From NCBI GenBank assembly GCA_000002445.1, contig CM000208.1, forward strand, positions 64,001 to 128,000: a DNA stretch of 64,000 nt. The letters are read 5' to 3'. Shown in pieces: positions 62,803 to 64,000 of the stretch. The stretch is from Trypanosoma brucei. Its lineage: Eukaryota. The notes under the pieces were generated by a model, which saw only the letters and a program-made list of their open reading frames with translations, was not told the origin of the DNA and made no database searches. The position numbers were made by a program, and so were the translations under genes. Numbering within the stretch: position 1 is the first letter of the stretch; the number at the start of each line of letters is the position of its first letter.

Positions 62803-64000
62803 CATTTGTTTTTGTGAAAGTGGCGTGCATGCGGATGAAAAAATGAAGCGCAAAGCAGTAAAAAGAAAAACAAAAAATAAAATAAAATAAGAAACAAAAA
62901 GGAAGAAAGGAAACCTTCTCCTTCACATTCCTTCCCTCTCCCCCGTTGACCAGCCTGGTCAGAAAAAAAAAAAGGAAAGATCATGAAGATGTGCAAATAT
63001 GCCGGTTTGGGGTTTCGTTAGAAATCAGATTGAAAAGTGAGTTATCCCCTTTTTATTTTTTATTTTATGCATTTTTATCCGTTGATTTGTACTTTATTTA
63101 TTGCCCACATGAGTTAGCGGTTGTGATTTAGAAGGAGAAATGTCTTCTCCCTTTCTCTTTTCTTCTGGTTTTATCATATTTATTTTTTTTTCTCTCTCTC
63201 TTTTACTACCGTTATTGTATTTGTCTTTCTTTTTTTTTATTTTTTATCTGGTTACGCGTCGAAAGGAGTGTGGTCCAAGCGCTGGGAACATTTGCTCAGG
63301 TGCGCGTCTGCCTCCATATGGGGCCCTTTAAGAAACTAATGAGAAAAAAAAAGGAAAAAAAAATGAAACAAATGTTTTATTGCAGCAAAGGAAACAGTCG
63401 CTGCTTTTCTCTTTTTTTGTTTCCCTTTGATCCCATCAGAGTGCATCCTGTAAAGTTTCTCTTTTTTTTTCCCCCTTTTCCACGTGCATTTGTATATATT
63501 TTCTATCGGGTTTTATTTTTTTTTTGTGTGTTTGTTTTTTTCTTCCGTTGTGTGACAGCATCCGTATATATAAATATATATATTATTTATTTTCCTTTTT
63601 ACGTATTTTATTTAATTACAACCTCGAGAAATCATCATTACCACACGTGCGCAGTCGTAACTGCCTCTTTTTTTTTCTTTTTCTTTTTAACATTTCTTCA
63701 CTCAAATATGTACTTTTGTTTCCATGTGAGTGAATGAATGTGCGACATTCCGTGACAATTCTTCCGTCACCCATAGTAATCCTCATCGTATCTCTGATTT
63801 ATTTTCATTAATGTTATTCGCATTATTTTTTTCTTCATTTTTTATTATTATTTTTAAATTTAATCTTTCCTTCCTTATATTTATTACTGTTACCTTCCAC
63901 TTTTACAGTTATTTTATTTTTCTTTGTTTGGGGTAATTTAATTTAATTTAATTCGTGTCGTCGTCGTTGTTGTTGTTTTGTTATTATTTTCCTTTTATTG

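Noticed and set aside
1-64000. Search for CRISPR arrays, prokaryotic operons, IS elements or retroposons (ingi/RIME/SLACS-like)
   Set aside because: Sequence features (trans-splicing-type polypyrimidine tracts, eukaryotic gene content, microsatellites) indicate a kinetoplastid nuclear locus. No direct-repeat/spacer array, reverse-transcriptase ORF or terminal-repeat structure was seen.

Overview
The window reads as a kinetoplastid nuclear chromosome segment, most likely Trypanosoma brucei-clade. Every credible gene lies on the + strand with no introns, consistent with a single RNA polymerase II polycistronic transcription unit. Intergenic regions carry polypyrimidine (CT/T-rich) tracts ahead of each ORF and abundant (TA)n, (GT)n and (TTTA)n microsatellites. 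The first ~3.7 kb has no credible coding sequence but contains a GT/G-rich block, possibly the transcription-start region of the unit.

I can support about 31 protein-coding genes from the translated ORFs. Confidently recognised: CBF5/dyskerin, F1 ATP synthase gamma, RPS6, V-ATPase proteolipid c, RPL37a, proteasome alpha5 and alpha2, PEX14 (366 aa), a BolA-like protein, RPL32, a PUF protein, a bacterial Pol I-type 5'-3' exonuclease (SSE1-like), a DYRK-family kinase, calcineurin B, a PPR protein, IFT54/TRAF3IP1, a NEK kinase and a GMC oxidoreductase. Less certain: a Cid1-family nucleotidyltransferase, a MYND zinc-finger protein and a WD40 protein. Most interesting: an MCU-family calcium-uniporter paralog with a WSVMEP pore motif instead of WDIMEP; a class-I (ascorbate-peroxidase-like) pseudoperoxidase lacking the distal His/Trp; a MUB-type ubiquitin-fold protein ending in the CaaX box CTML; an F-box fused to about 8 transmembrane helices; and a possibly frameshifted nucleotidyltransferase locus.

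The supplied ORF track evidently treats TTG/GTG as starts, so many listed N-termini are too long; the CDS starts below are trimmed to the first plausible ATG. No rRNA, tRNA, CRISPR array or obvious transposable element could be supported. Product calls come from recalled motifs only, with no database search.
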